A stretch of 64,000 nt of DNA from Octopus vulgaris (lineage: Eukaryota), in the NCBI GenBank assembly GCA_951406725.2, contig OX597815.1, positions 23,746,001 through 23,810,000 on the forward strand. The letters are read 5' to 3'. Shown here piece by piece: positions 1 through 13,593 of the stretch. Both the position numbers and the translations under genes were made by a program. Within the stretch, counting starts at the first letter, position 1. Each line of letters starts with the position of its first letter. Below the pieces are notes generated by a model. That model saw nothing but the letters and a program-made list of their open reading frames with translations, was not told the origin of the DNA and ran no database searches.

Positions 1-462
1 CGCTGGGGCACTTTTTCATTTAAAAAAGCTCGACCCATCAAGTGCCAGTGGGATGGTTTTCCATCTTGTTGAAAAATGAAGTTATGCGAATCTGCCAGCA
101 GTGAAGTGAAGAGCCAGTTTTAGAGCATATCGAGATAGGTTTGTCTTGTAACGGTGTTTCCTTCAAAGAAAAAGGGTCTATAAACCTTGTTCTGAGACAC
201 AGCACAGAAAACGTTCACCTTAGGAGAGAGAACAGCGATCAACTCAGTGGATCATGATAAGCTGATACGCGTCTGGGAGGAATTCTCTTATTGCATTGAT
301 GTTGCTCGTGCTGCAGGTGGTGGCCACATCGAACACTTGTAAGACAGGATATAAAAGTTGATTCTGAGTAAATACTTGTGACTTAGCTGGAGTATTTTAT
401 TGCTTTTCTTTATTAAAATATTGCGTAATGAAATCGGTTCATTCTTTCTGAATAACCCTGAA
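1..462. mobile_element. Degenerate Tc1/mariner-superfamily element (3' part) with an internal inversion
   Basis: Minus strand 1-226 translates SPKVNVFCAVSQNKVYRPFFFEGNTVTRQTYLDML*NWLF..FIFQQDGKPSHWHLMGRAFLNEKVPQR (region of the second catalytic Asp). Plus strand ~229-342 translates RTAINSVDHDKLIRVWEEFSYCIDVARAAGGGHIEHL* (typical C-terminus). Ends in TIR-like ..ctttctgaataaccctg followed by an AT run. Confidence 0.8.
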
Positions 463-540
463 TATATATATAAGAAGTGGAGAGTAAGACAGAAACGGAA
501 ATAGTGGAATCGGTGAAAAAATAGAAAGAGAATACTCGAG

Positions 541-548
541 AGAAAGAG

Positions 549-611
<63 letters not shown>
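541..611. repeat. (GA)n microsatellite
   Basis: Direct reading. Confidence 0.95.
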
Positions 612-614
<3 letters not shown>

Positions 615-2502
615 AGAAAGGTGGATGGAGAAAAGGGAAAGTCTATAGTCTTCTGCATTTGTGTGTTTAAATTGCAGGCACAATCGAAATGTTTAACATA
701 ATGAGATAATGTCATGAAGATCTATAAATTTATGCAGTAAAAGATATATCGATAGATAGTCAAAATAACCTTAGCAAATAGCTGTGGATGTCATACTTTT
801 ATATGTTCCAGTCCCGTTTACAATGTTCGTTCGTTTGTCTGTTTTTCAGTAAATAAGCTTTTATTTCTATTTCTATGTATATATGTACGTCACATATTAC
901 AGTTTGTAATGTCCCGTTTGTAATGTAGAGTTTTGTATTCAGTGAGTAAGCGCATATCTTTTTCCTATGTACATATCATAATCATATGAAATATAGTTTG
1001 TATTTATTTATTTACTTTATAAATATGTAATAAAAGATTGTAAATAATAAACATTTAATTCAATATATGTGAATAAGTTTTATCTTTTTAATTCCTCATT
1101 TATTTCCTTAAACTATAAAGCTCATCATATCATCTATCAAATGTATTAAAAGAAGATAAGTAAGCAATACCATCTATGTTCATTTCAATTATATTTAAAA
1201 GTACAGCTTTGATTAAATGGCAGGATTTCAAAAGAATTTTTTGAAATTCTTTGCTTGCGTTTAATATATTAATATAATGTTTTCAAACGTGCTGACTTAC
1301 ATCGTGGAATTTCCATGGGTTCCGCTAGTTGTTATGATTGAATGTCGAAATCCGAGAGCTTTCCACCGCACTTCAGTGCACAAAATGTTGGTTAAGTGCC
1401 AGCGTCAAAAGAAGATTATTCTGTAAGGATAATTTTAGTAATCTTGAAGTTTTTTCGAATATAAATCCTTTCGTTCATGAAGTATCTGATGATGCAATCC
1501 CACAAATCAGCATTTTTACTTTTGACGGATATCTATACAACTAAATTCGACAAATCGAGCCAACGACGGAGTTTCTATGCAATAACTCCGCCTGCAAGAA
1601 GTAGCAGCCAAATTACCTCAAATCACATCCTACGTCCTTAAAATATGGAGGACACACTGACCAATAAAATCCGAAATATACATAAAAGAAGGGTTGGGCA
1701 GGACTGAAAATGCCTTTCGTCATAGGTTTATTTGACTAGAGTTTATCTGGGTCTAAACAACACCTTCGAGAAATAGCATTCAAATCTCCCTCAGTTTACA
1801 TCCTGCCATTTTAAAAAAGGGAAGACTTATTGAACAACGCATTCCCGGGTCTACAAAAAAGTCGAGATGATCATTGTTAAAACGTCTTTTACCATCGGTT
1901 TATTTGATCAGTTCTGATCTGGAAGATAAATGACAACATCTTCGTATTTCAGTTAAATTCAATGTTTGTGTCAGTGGCTTAGGTAGATTTAAATCTAGTT
2001 CAGATACTCTCCCGATAATAGCTTTATTATCAGTAGAGGAATAATTCACAGTTTGTAACTGCTCAGCTTCGACTAGTAAAATGTAATTTGACACCCTCCA
2101 TACGCACACGCACACATTCACTATACTATGTAATAGAAAGTTGCAGTTGCCCTTGACAAACTTTTCAAAGTCAAACCTGCAAAATAGACAACTATACTCA
2201 CGATTCCCGTGTGGCTTTTCTTGTGCAATGAATTTAGAGATAATATTCATAATAATAACTAAGAACTTCAATGCTTGACGAAGAGGCAGCGATGCAGTTT
2301 CGATTCTCAGTTGAAGCCTTTCAACTTAATTTATTTCAGCAATGTTTTTGGAAATGCTACGAACTTCACAATTTTGAATATTATTCTCATGAAATATAAC
2401 TTTCTGTGTTTAACCGAAACAAATGATAAATTATTTACAGGTCCTTCAAAGCTGGCGTAGAAAAGAAATAGAGGTTCTCTACTTGACCCACACAATCAGA
2501 AT

Positions 2503-2505
<3 letters not shown>

Positions 2506-2549
<44 letters not shown>

Positions 2550-2556
2550 ATGTATG

Positions 2557-2608
<52 letters not shown>

Positions 2609-2650
2609 TACACACACGGCACACGCACATATATATATACATGTATGTAT
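2506..2650. repeat. Compound (CT)n-(TATG)n-(TA)n-(CA)n microsatellite
   Basis: Direct reading. Confidence 0.95.
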
Positions 2651-2665
2651 ATGTGCATATTCATT

Positions 2666-4323
2666 TCTATTATATCAAAGTCAATGTCTTTGCGTTCGTG
2701 TGTTACTTATACATTCGAAAACTGTTGCACTGATCATAATGAAATTTGGTAGACAAAATCCAAGCCTAAGGAGAAGGGTAATGCTGTGTCTTTCATACAA
2801 TTTCATGGACCAAAACCACTGAATGGATCCTTAGGATATTTGAAACTCAGATTCAATGCATAAGGATGGGTATAATGCAATATGTTTGGTTTGAATTTCA
2901 GATGGCTTAAAGGGGGCAGAACCCTCATGAAAATTCATAAATTTTCGATGTTGAAGAAATTTCAACCATGAGTAATTGACACACATCAAGAAGTATTCTC
3001 AAAGTTTCCACTTCACATGAGGATTCTAAGACACCCTAATGGGGGCTTTAACTCCCAAATTTTAGTAATTTCTTTTATGATCCAAAACTAGGTCAAAAGT
3101 ACTGAATGGCTCTTTACAAAATTTAGAAATTATATTCTATGCATAAGGGACATAACCCCCATAACAATTCATATATTTTTGCTGTTAATGAAATTTTAAC
3201 CATAGATATTAGACACAAATGAAGAAATATTTATAAAATTTCTTCTTCTTACAAGTTAGAAAGACCCCTCCATAGGGACTTAACACCCACAATTTAGTCA
3301 TTTTATCTAAGCAAAAACGAATACAGTTGTACTCTTGGAAGCTGTAGGGTCACCCGAGCATAAAAGATGAGTATTATTGGTAATTCAATGGTACAACAGT
3401 GTAACAGTTTGCTTTGACATATATTTAGATTGTGATTTCTGCAATGTGGTGCATAAATTGTCAAGTAAATAAGAGACATCTTTGCCTCCACTGATTTAGT
3501 TGCAAAGTGTTGAGTAAAGTTATTTGGTTGCAGCCCTCCTTTCAGTCTTTTTATTATCACATAGTCCCCAGATAGTAACAGTGATTTCAAGGCCTTCCCA
3601 GATGAGTGACTGGTTATTCAAAGATATTTATAGATTGTAAATTTATTCTGTCCAGTTACGTATTAGTATAGTGGTCATTTGCAAACTCCAGAGGTGACAC
3701 TTTCATTTCTCCTTAGCCCTCACGTCACACAGTTGTTAATATCTATTTCAGTTGGGTTACACCCTTTCAATTGCTATAGATTCGTAATGCATCATATCTG
3801 GATGGTGAGGAATCCTACATTGGGAGTGGTAACGACTAGGGTAGGGTAGCTGCCTGCTTATTGTGATCATTCGTCTTTTGGTTTCCTGTAGCTTTGCTCT
3901 CTTTTACAAACCCAGTGAACATATATTTCCTATTTCAAAGAAATTCAAACAATAGATATAGGACCCAAGTTAAAAAGATTCTCAACAATTCAACTTCTTT
4001 GCTTGACATTAAGACACCCACCTCCAATTGGGGCCTTAACTCTCACATTTTAGAGCTCTTTGACCTCCCTTTTCCAGGAGCAAAATCCTTTTAACAAGTT
4101 CTATAAGACTGGAATTTTGGAATATGCTCATAAAAATCATTAGTATGTGATACATGTGGCACGATTACAATTTTTTTAGGGTGTGTAAAGAGGGAAATAA
4201 CCCTCATCTGCAATTTTGATGAAATTCGAAACACAGGTATTCCAGTTCATTACAGAAAATACAACAGAAAAGTCTAATTCTTCAGTTGTATGTAACACGG
4301 GTAACGCCGGGTATCTCTGCTAG
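2666..4323 (+). mobile_element. Non-autonomous Helitron-like element
   Basis: 5' TCTATTATATCAAAG; 3' cgggtaacgccgggtatctctgCTAG followed by T, matching the 3' ends of the other Helitrons here. Internal diverged ~280-bp subrepeats (about 2820-3060 vs 3100-3300). The 5' boundary is less certain. Confidence 0.6.
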
Positions 4324-5169
4324 TCATAAATAAAATCATCATTTTTATAAATTTTCAACGAATGAAAATTTCTCACCACGAAGAAGAACACAGGGGATGT
4401 GATGTTGAGATATAGTTTATCCTTCAGGCCTTATTTTTGTCACTCAGTTTTTATCCTGCAATCGTCTCAGTGCCATAATATGATACATCTGGTTTTAAAA
4501 TGTGCGCTGTTATATCATAACAAATGCTACTAGATTTTTCCACAGGAGACAGAAAAGAAATTAGCTTCAAATTATATCATTGAATGAGTTTAATATTCAT
4601 AATGAATTTACCACTCTGGTGGTCGTGTAGCACTCACGAAGCACACCTTAGACGGTCACTTAGCATTCCTCACATAGAACATGTATGATGCACGGTATGA
4701 ATGGAGAAAAGGATTAGCTTCTACTTATCTAAAATTCCAGATTGTAAATATTTAGCAACGAGTATTTTGAAAATTCGCATGCATTTAATTAGAAATTCTA
4801 CTGAGCATTTTCTCAGTTATTAAAATGGAATCCCCCATTAGTTTTTTCATTTGCGAAAATCACGAAATTAAAATAATGCCAAATAATAATTATATTTGCA
4901 ATGAGCTATGTTGCGGGGTTCGTATGAGACCGTCGTATAGCGTACCCATGCAACGAGAATATTTTGAATAAGTATTTTCCAAAAACACTTTCCTGGTGTA
5001 AACTAGAGTAATTTTCCGTTCATGTTTCTATTCAGTAGATTATATTTGAAATACCACGCGCGCGCGCACACACACACAATCGGTCAGTAGTTCATAAATC
5101 CCAAAAGAAGCACACTGTAAAACTTTAGAGCAATAATACTTAGCAGATTGTTTATTATGGCCGACCAGA

Positions 5170-5229
5170 GAGTGACCATTGGTTTCGCACCTATAAAGCT
5201 CTTGGCAGTATAGGCGACTCGTCAGACTC
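5170..5229 (-). ncRNA. Type I hammerhead ribozyme in the PLE 3' terminal region
   Basis: Reverse complement GAGU-CUGACGA-G(U)CGCCUAUA..UAUAGGUGC-GAAA-CCAAUGG-UC-ACUC: intact core, stem I GAGU/ACUC, long stem II, short near-palindromic stem III and GUC cleavage triplet. Confidence 0.8.
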
Positions 5230-5714
5230 GTTCGCCAGAGGCATATAACCTCTCTACAAATGGATGTAGGAAAATGTCTTGGTCAGTTAGGTTTGCAAAC
5301 AAAAAATCCCGAAACGAAATTCGACAGATGGAATTACCATCCTTAGATCGGTTCCAGTAGCATCTAAAAAGTTCAGTGTACGGATGATTACTTTTCCTCT
5401 GTTGGCAAACGAGGAATTCCATGTTTCCAACATGCATTTCCTCGGATGAGGTCACAGACTGTACATCTCTGTTTTGGAATTTAAGAAGCTCCCCGAGTCA
5501 AGCGAGTTTTTCAAGATTCTTGCTCTCTTGGTCAAGCAAAACTTATATCGTTTACTCCCGTTGAGGTACAGTCCCGGATGTTCTAGGAGCTTCCATTTAC
5601 TTATAGTAAAGGACGTGATGTTCCGCCTCTCTGGTATCCTAAAATAGGACCTGTGATTGTTAAGGCGTTGCTTGAACTCTCTCTCTCTCTCTCGCTCTAG
5701 CATATTTACGTGTT

Positions 5715-6089
5715 GGTGGTGTTGCAGCTGTTGTAGCTGTCGTCATCACTGCCGCCTCTATTGTTATTGCCGGATACGTTGCTGGTGCAACTGCTACTGT
5801 TGTTGTTTTTGCTGCTGGTATCGCTGCTGCTGTTGCTGTTATTGTTGGTGTGATTTTGGTGCTGTTGTTATTGCTGTTGTTGCCGGCATCTCTGCTGCTG
5901 CTGCTGCTGCAGCTGTCAGACGCATTGTTAGTGCTGTTGCTTTGGCTGTTGTTATTGCTGCCATTGCTGGTGCCGTTGCTGCAGTTATTGCTTGGCGAGC
6001 TGCTGGTGCCACGATCACCGCCACCACTGCTGTTGCAGTTGTTGTCACTGTTGCTGCTGCTGGTGGATGTGTTGTTGGTGCCGTTGCTG
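5715..6089. repeat. Degenerate (CTG/TTG)n triplet tract
   Basis: Direct reading; source of the poly-Ala/Val/Cys/Leu ORFs. Confidence 0.9.
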
Positions 6090-6462
6090 TTTTTGTTTGT
6101 TTGTTGAGCGAAGCGGTCTTCGTCTCAGTGGGAGAAGTCCGAAACGTGATCCTTTGCTATTCGTAAAACCCGCAGAAGAGAAAGCAGGTCAACCCCCGAC
6201 ACCGAGAGCATCGACGGATGGATGAATGCGCATCCAGGCGCTGCAGTTGCGTAGGAAGTCGGGGACAAGAAACAGGAAGAAAGAGTGAGAGAAAGTTGGA
6301 GCGAAAGACTACAACAGAGGTCTCCACCCCCTTCCCGGAGCCCCGTAGAGCTTTAGGTGTTTTCGCTCAATAAACACACACAACGTCCGGTCTGGGAATC
6401 GAAGCCGCGATCCTCCGACCGCGAGTCCGCTGCCCTAACCATTGGGCCATTGCGCCTCCATT
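6090..6462 (-). mobile_element. tRNA-derived SINE, family C head with an alternative 3' tail
   Basis: Reverse complement begins GGAGGCGCAATGGCCCAATGGTTAGGGC..GCTTCGATTCCC (A/B boxes); TSD tgccgttgctg (6079-6089 / 6463-6473); (AAAC)n tail. Confidence 0.85.
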
Positions 6463-7538
6463 TGCCGTTGCTGCTGGGGACCACTTCAACCTCATAGACC
6501 AAAGCTCTGGAATTGCATCGAAACAACCCCCATCAACGGACACTGCATGAACATCCTGCCTGTTCACACAGATTATGAGTGTTCACTAATACTTTTTTAA
6601 AGCTGGGCGCACAGCTAAATGTGATCCTGAAGTCGTGCCTATTACACAATCGCCCGTATATATGTAACTGTGTGAAGTGTTTGCCTACTATCCTGAGGAA
6701 TATCTGATCACGCAGGCTTTGACGTTGATTGAGAAGGGCGGGGTAAACCAAATTACACTACGGTGGTACTACCTTTTGTGGGAGTTAGGAACCGGCATAT
6801 AGGAGATGCGGTCCTTAAACCCACCGGCCGCCAAAGCCTCGTTGTGATACGAGACTGCAGCCTCGAAAATCTCTTTAATCGAGAATAGGTTCGAAATCCT
6901 CTTACTGACACCCTTCACTAGATCATTGAACACGATAGGTGGGTTACAGGAGGCTATGTTAATGTACGATTACCTTTTGTTTGGATTTCAGTAGCACCTA
7001 TATGAACAGGTACCCAGGTCTAGCATGACGTCTAAAAAGTTAACAGTGGTAAGATTGGCCTCAATTGTAATCTTAAGGCTAAGGAAGCTAACGGTGCGAC
7101 TCAGGTCCTTCCTAGGCCTATCTAGAGGATGCTCGTTAGCGCCTCTAGAGATGGCTAAAGCGTAATCTCTGTAGAAACCAAAAGGACTAACAGGAATATC
7201 TTCGCTAAGGTGTCCAGCATATATACTTCCATGAGGTCGCAGATATCCACACTGTCGAATGCTCCCATCGTCACATCGAAGGAGCCTACTAGGCTAGTTT
7301 GTTTGACCCAAGTTGGCTCTTTATTGAACAGCAGCGTTTTCCTAGCGTGCATTATTACATCTGTCTCCCTATCACTAATGTCACTAAATTCCTAGCGAAC
7401 ACAAGCGCCTTAACTAGTAACCATTTAGATATTAGACGGATAAAAAAATCTACTATAGCAAATTGGGTGAACCTTGCTCTGCCTCTACCCTGCTTAGCTT
7501 TAAACAATGAAATAACTTCATTGGTATTATGCCATAAA

Positions 7539-7769
7539 GGCGGCGAGCTAGCAGAACCGTTAGCACGCCGGGCGAAATGCTCAGCAATATTTCGTCTGTC
7601 GCTACGTTCTGAGTTCAAATTCCGCTGAGGTCGACTTTACCTTTCATCCTTTCGGGGTCGATTAAATAAGTACCAGTTACGCACTGGAGTCGATATAATC
7701 GACTTAATCCGTTTGTCTGTCCTTGTTTGTCCTTTCTGTGTTTAGCCCCTTGTGGGTAGTAAAGAAATA
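7539..7769 (+). mobile_element. tRNA-derived SINE, family A, inserted in the PLE
   Basis: GGCGGCGAGCT..GTTCAAATTCC head; central cctttcatcctttcggggtcgat..agtaccag block (resembles the Meta-SINE domain); TSD ggtattaygccataaa. Confidence 0.9.
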
Positions 7770-9196
7770 GGTATTACGCCATAAAGAACGATTGAATGCC
7801 CTCTTTATAACATCATTGACGTTTCTCTGTATATGTTGGTTCACCAGCACGATTTCCCATCTACCTGGGTTAATTAGGCGGCATTGGGGATTAGAAGCAA
7901 ATATTGCAAACTGTAACCTTGTGCTAATGGGATAAACTATAATGGATCACATCTCTACCTTCTCCAAAATACCCGATGCAAGTGCATGCATTATTGCATC
8001 ATATGTGGTATAAGGTTCACCACCACCATCCAATGTCTTTGTTGTGATGCCATCTTTAGGTGATTCTGATCTAAAGTTAAAGATCCCATTCACCGCTGGT
8101 CCATGAAACGTAATTATCTGACCATCAGATGTCAATTTGGCATTTTAATGGTTTTTCACGAGCTATCTGTAACCTATTATTTTTAGCAGATCGAGTGGTT
8201 TTGGAGATACTCTTTCGTTGGCTCGTAAACTGTGGAAACATAGGAAGTACCGGAATACCAAGTTCTGCAAGAGAGTAATCATAAAGGAGAGATGATATAG
8301 GAGTTGTAGTACTGGATTGTAACCTCCGTTTTGCCAGATATGAATCTCAAACCGCAATTCAGTCATAGTTTGATCATGTGCGCAACCGAGATTTTATCCA
8401 GTGAACGGCTGTTGTTCACACCATAGTTCCTTAGCTCGTCTAGAGCTTTCTGTGAACACAGCCAATAAAGACAGTCAATAAAGCCGCCAATTTCGCAGTG
8501 TCGAGACGTCCGAGCTACTATGACGTTCTCCACTCCCGTCAATTTAGAGTGTCTTGTGTCGAGTTTGGATAATACTCTGACTATAGCTGTTCCCACGGCG
8601 GCTTATTCAATTGTAGATAATCGAGGAAGAAGACATGTCACACGCTCTGAACATTTGCTGGATATGTGAAAACCAGCCCTAGTGTTGAATTCCGAACATT
8701 CTACACTATTTCCTCTTATTTTCCCATTAATTGTATTGCATGAACACCTTTCCTATCAATGTAACAAATAAATAATGTTTCAACACATAAAGAAACTCCC
8801 TTGTTATGGAGTCATTTTAAGAATGTTTGTGCCTCAGGCCTATTGGAGTTCAGTATTTGATGGCAGAAAAGCTTCAGCATAACATTACCCTGTTTAGTTT
8901 CGAACCTCTGTCTTCTGTATTCTAACTCCACCAGATCTCTGAAATAAGTAACGGGATTTTGGTAGCACCAGTTCCTTCGATTACATTCTTCTCCTTCGCG
9001 AATATGTTGTGTGCAGGTAGTGTTTCGGTGGCTTTTGTTATTTCATGAAGCCGTTCGTTACACCAACAGCAATAACAACGACCTCGACGACAACAGATCG
9101 ATTATATGGTGTCACCTTCTTGTGGTATCGGGTGTTTGGAGAAATGGCACGAGGATGACCAAAACTTTTGGCAATAGACGCCGTCTATTCAGGAGA

Positions 9197-9319
9197 TACA
9201 GGGATACAGGCATCCAGCAACAGGACCTCCGTAATGCTATGATGGACCGTGAACGTCTGGCGTAGCATGGTAAATTCCATTGTCTCGACCACGGTCGAAC
9301 AATGATGATGATGATGATG
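9197..9319 (+). mobile_element. 5'-truncated RTE-like LINE 3' end
   Basis: DTGIQQQDLRNAMMDRE..WRSMVNSIVSTTVEQ*, then (TGA)n tail; 10-bp TSD attcaggaga; same family as 56344-56557. Confidence 0.8.
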
Positions 9320-9482
9320 ATTCAGGAGAGCGGTGTCGTTCATTTATGGGCAATTGCAGTATTGTTTTATCGGGGAGTGTTCCGTTGGCAGGCATTGCCG
9401 AGCCCTGAGGTTTCTAATGAGCCAAAATCAAGCAAGAAAAAAAAACAAAGGTGCGGCAAGAAGCGCAATAAATACAATCCCA

Positions 9483-9512
9483 GTTGTTGTTGTTGTTGTT
9501 ACTGCTGCTGTT

Positions 9513-9554
<42 letters not shown>

Positions 9555-9560
9555 GCAACA

Positions 9561-9591
<31 letters not shown>

Positions 9592-9610
9592 CAACAACAG
9601 GAGCAACAAC
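9483..9610. repeat. (GTT)n/(CAA)n/(CAG)n triplet cluster
   Basis: Direct reading; the GTT and CAA tracts are mutually complementary. Confidence 0.9.
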
Positions 9611-10135
9611 ATTCATGTCATTTTTAGCAGTGCTACATTATATCAACTAAGTATCTTTTAAAGAATATTTTGTATGAAACAAAAGAAAGAATGAATATAA
9701 GAACAAAAACAAAAAAGAAAAAAAAGAAAAAAGGCAGAGCCTATCACTTTTAAAGACGTTGCTATGGTTATTAATGTCACTCGACTTCAAATCATTTAGT
9801 TTGATATTTTCTTCTTCGTCTCGGTTGCTGTTCTAACACCATCGTCTTCCGTAGCAGGCAATTTCCACAAATCCGGAACTGCAAATTGTTGTCCGTAAGC
9901 TTTAAATACATTTTCTTCCCAAACCGCATCACTCCCCCCATTCACCCTTTCACCCTATGTCTCATCATCCTCCATTTCCCCCTCTCTCTCTCTCTCTTTC
10001 TCTTTCGACTCTTCGCTCTTCACTATTCGCTCTCCTATTTACCCCTCGTATCACTTACTAACCCAAACCATATCCCTTGCCGTTTCTCACACTTCTATTT
10101 TCTCTTACATCTACTTCTTATTCTCCTTCTTTCTG

Positions 10136-10170
<35 letters not shown>

Positions 10171-10555
10171 AAAACTCACTCGCCCTTTCTTTCATTCTCT
10201 CTCTTTTGCTATGTTATACCTCGCTTTCTTCTTTCTTCCCTAACACCATTTTCTCTAATCGATACTTTTTGTATTTGCTAATCTTTACTCACGTATCATA
10301 TATATGTACACAGTACATACCTACTTACATCTATATCGCTGAATATGTATGTATGTATGCTTGTATGTATGCATGTATGTATGTATATATGTATGTATGT
10401 ATGTATGTATTTATGTATGTATGTATGTATGTATGTATGTATGTATGTATGTATGTATGTATGTATGTATGTATGTATGTATGTATTTATGTATGTATGT
10501 ATGTATGTATGTATGTATGTATGTACGTATCTATGTATGTATGTATGTATTTATG

Positions 10556-10589
<34 letters not shown>

Positions 10590-11169
10590 TTTATGTATGT
10601 ATTTATGTATGTATGTATGTATGTGTGTGTATGTATGTATGTATGTATGTATGTATGTATGTATGTATGTATGTATGTATGTATGTATGTATGTATGTAT
10701 GTATGTATGTATGTATGTATGTATGTATGTATGTATGTATATATGTATATATGAACATGCGCATATGTGCACGTGTGTGTGTGAGTGTACATATATATAT
10801 TCACACGCACACACACACACACATATGTATACATGTATATACACACATATATGAATCACATATATATGAATCTATATTTTTGTCTTGAATTGCACATTAT
10901 CACAAGCACGCGCACAAAATCATACACGGGCACACACACCTACACACCCGTACACCCACCCGCGCACACCCACACACACGCACACGCACACACACATAGA
11001 AGCACACACGGCTACACACACACACACACACATATATACTAGCATATACATGCTTGCACTAACCCTTTCACAATTATTTCCTTATATCTATGTCACATAT
11101 ATATGTGTGTGTGTGTATGTGTGTGTGTATGTATGCATGTATGTATACACACACATACACATACATACA

Positions 11170-11231
<62 letters not shown>

Positions 11232-11952
11232 TGAACACATGTGTATACGTCAGTCAGTCTGTCTATCTGCCTGTCTGTCGGTGTATATATATATATATAT
11301 ATATATACATACACCCACACACATACACTCACACACGCACATATATACACAGACATGCATACATATATATACACATGTGTATATGCGTGTGTGTATATAT
11401 ATATACACACACATATATACACACGAACACACACATCCACACATACGCACACACACGTACACAAACAGACACACACACACACACACACACAGACACACAC
11501 ACGCACACGCACGCGCCACGAACGCGAGCGCGCGCCTGCGCCGCCAGATAGATACAAGACACACAACAAGCGAGATATACATACGCACACACAGACACTT
11601 AAACCCAATTATAGTTAGTAGATATTTTTCCCTTCATATAATAGATTGCAACTTTAAACTTACGGCAAAAATGCTGCATATCACTCCGCCCGCTTTGCCG
11701 CGTTCACAGCAACAACAACAACAACAACAACAACAACAAAACAACGACAACAACAATAATGATAACAGTAATGGTAACAATCACCATAGATTTTTCAGTT
11801 TTGCGTTGCGTATTTAGCCATCGACTTTTATAATTAGATTGCCGACTGATACCTAATATCTCTTATATTGATCTGTTCATGCAATAGACATTAAACTAAG
11901 TATGACTATTGTCAGTCAGTCTGTCTCTCTGCCTGTCTGTCGGTGTGTATAT

Positions 11953-12039
<87 letters not shown>

Positions 12040-12312
12040 CATATATATATATACCTATATATATATGTATCTATATAAATATATATATATTTATGTGTGT
12101 GTACATATATATATATATATATATATGATATATGTATGTATATATATATATATACACAGACATACACACACGCACATATACACACATGCATATATATATA
12201 TATATATTTGTATGTATACACAAATATACATTTATGCGGGTGTGTGTATGTATTTATGCATATATAAGTACATGTGTATATATATATGTGTGTGCATGAG
12301 CATGTATATGTA

Positions 12313-12355
<43 letters not shown>

Positions 12356-12570
12356 ATATCTATCTATCTATCTATCTATATATATATATATATATATATG
12401 CACACATATGTATATACGCGCGCATACACACACACACACACACACACGTAAAGAGAATGAGAGAGAGAGACGGGTTGGAGTAGCCCTGTATGAACAAACA
12501 CACACGTGTGTGTATATGTGTGTCGCGTGTGTGAGTGTGTGCGCGCGTGCGTACGTGTGTGGAGAGAGCT

Positions 12571-12608
<38 letters not shown>

Positions 12609-12700
12609 AGAGAGAGGGAGAGAGAAAGCTCTTCTGTCACTTTATAGATATATAACTGTCTTTCTGATTTGCATACTCAATATGTATGTCTATGTATGAT

Positions 12701-12732
<32 letters not shown>

Positions 12733-13537
12733 TGTATGTATGTATGTATGTATGTATGTTTGTATGTATGCATTTAAGTATCGATGCATGTGAGTATGTA
12801 TGCCTCTCTCGCTATATATATATGTGTGTGTGTGTATGTATATGCATATATGTATGTAGATGTGTATCTACCTAAAGATAGATATAATTCAATTTGACCA
12901 GCTAACTTATCCATTTCACGGACATATACACACACACACACACACATACACACAGACTTATCGATAGTCAAACGTGCATACATTTATTAGAATATATAGG
13001 TTCTGGTTATATATTTTTTTTTAAAATCGTGAATAATGCTGGGAACAGCGCGTTTCCAGCCCAGAAACAAGACACTTTGATTGGAATTAAGTCCACATTA
13101 ACTGGATAGTCACGTTAAGTGTGCACGCATGCGTGCATCCATGCATGTCATCGCATGCGTGGATTTGTACATTGTCGCTTATGTATGTATGTATGTATAC
13201 ATATACGTGTGTTTGTATGTCTGTAAATGTGTAAGCGCGTACCTACATCATGCTAAACTTTGGGAATGTTTTACATATTTTTACTGTTCTATTAATTGGT
13301 CTTGTAATTTCAATATGTATCTATGTTTTCATGAATGCAAGCGTATGCATGTATATATATACATACATATACATACATATTACACACATATATATATATG
13401 TATATATATGTATATATTTATATAAGAATTTTTTGCGTAATAAGATAAAAAAAATGAAGGCTGTGTAGATATTAGAGCATTTATAGATAGGTCTGCACTT
13501 ATCCCTATGTATATATTATTTCTCCATTTTCTTATCT

Positions 13538-13593
<56 letters not shown>

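Larger units (their letters stand above)
5160..7940 (-). mobile_element. Degenerate Penelope-like retroelement (RT + GIY-YIG), interrupted by two SINEs and a triplet tract; may extend to ~8600
   Basis: Minus-strand fragments in PLE order: NPQCRLINP..LWHNTNEVISLF; FDVTMGAFDSVDICDL; FYRDYAL (YRDD-like); KITIEANLTTVNFLD; WFTPPFS..FLRIVGKHF..TFSCAP; ALVYEVEV..KYAR..FKQRLNNH..KWKLL..FCLTKR..LNSKTEM. Multiple frameshifts and stops. Confidence 0.85.

Noticed and set aside
3303-3900. Possible LINE endonuclease remnant inside the Helitron (..KGG..LTIYAP)
   Set aside because: Too few motifs to support a call by eye.
5657-6225. Cys/Ala/Val-rich ORFs resembling metallothionein or membrane proteins
   Set aside because: Products of a degenerate CTG/TTG tract plus a SINE.
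9011-9650. Removing the RTE insert fuses ORFs 9011 and 9333 in frame
   Set aside because: One-in-three chance event; the peptide resembles nothing and ends in triplet repeats.
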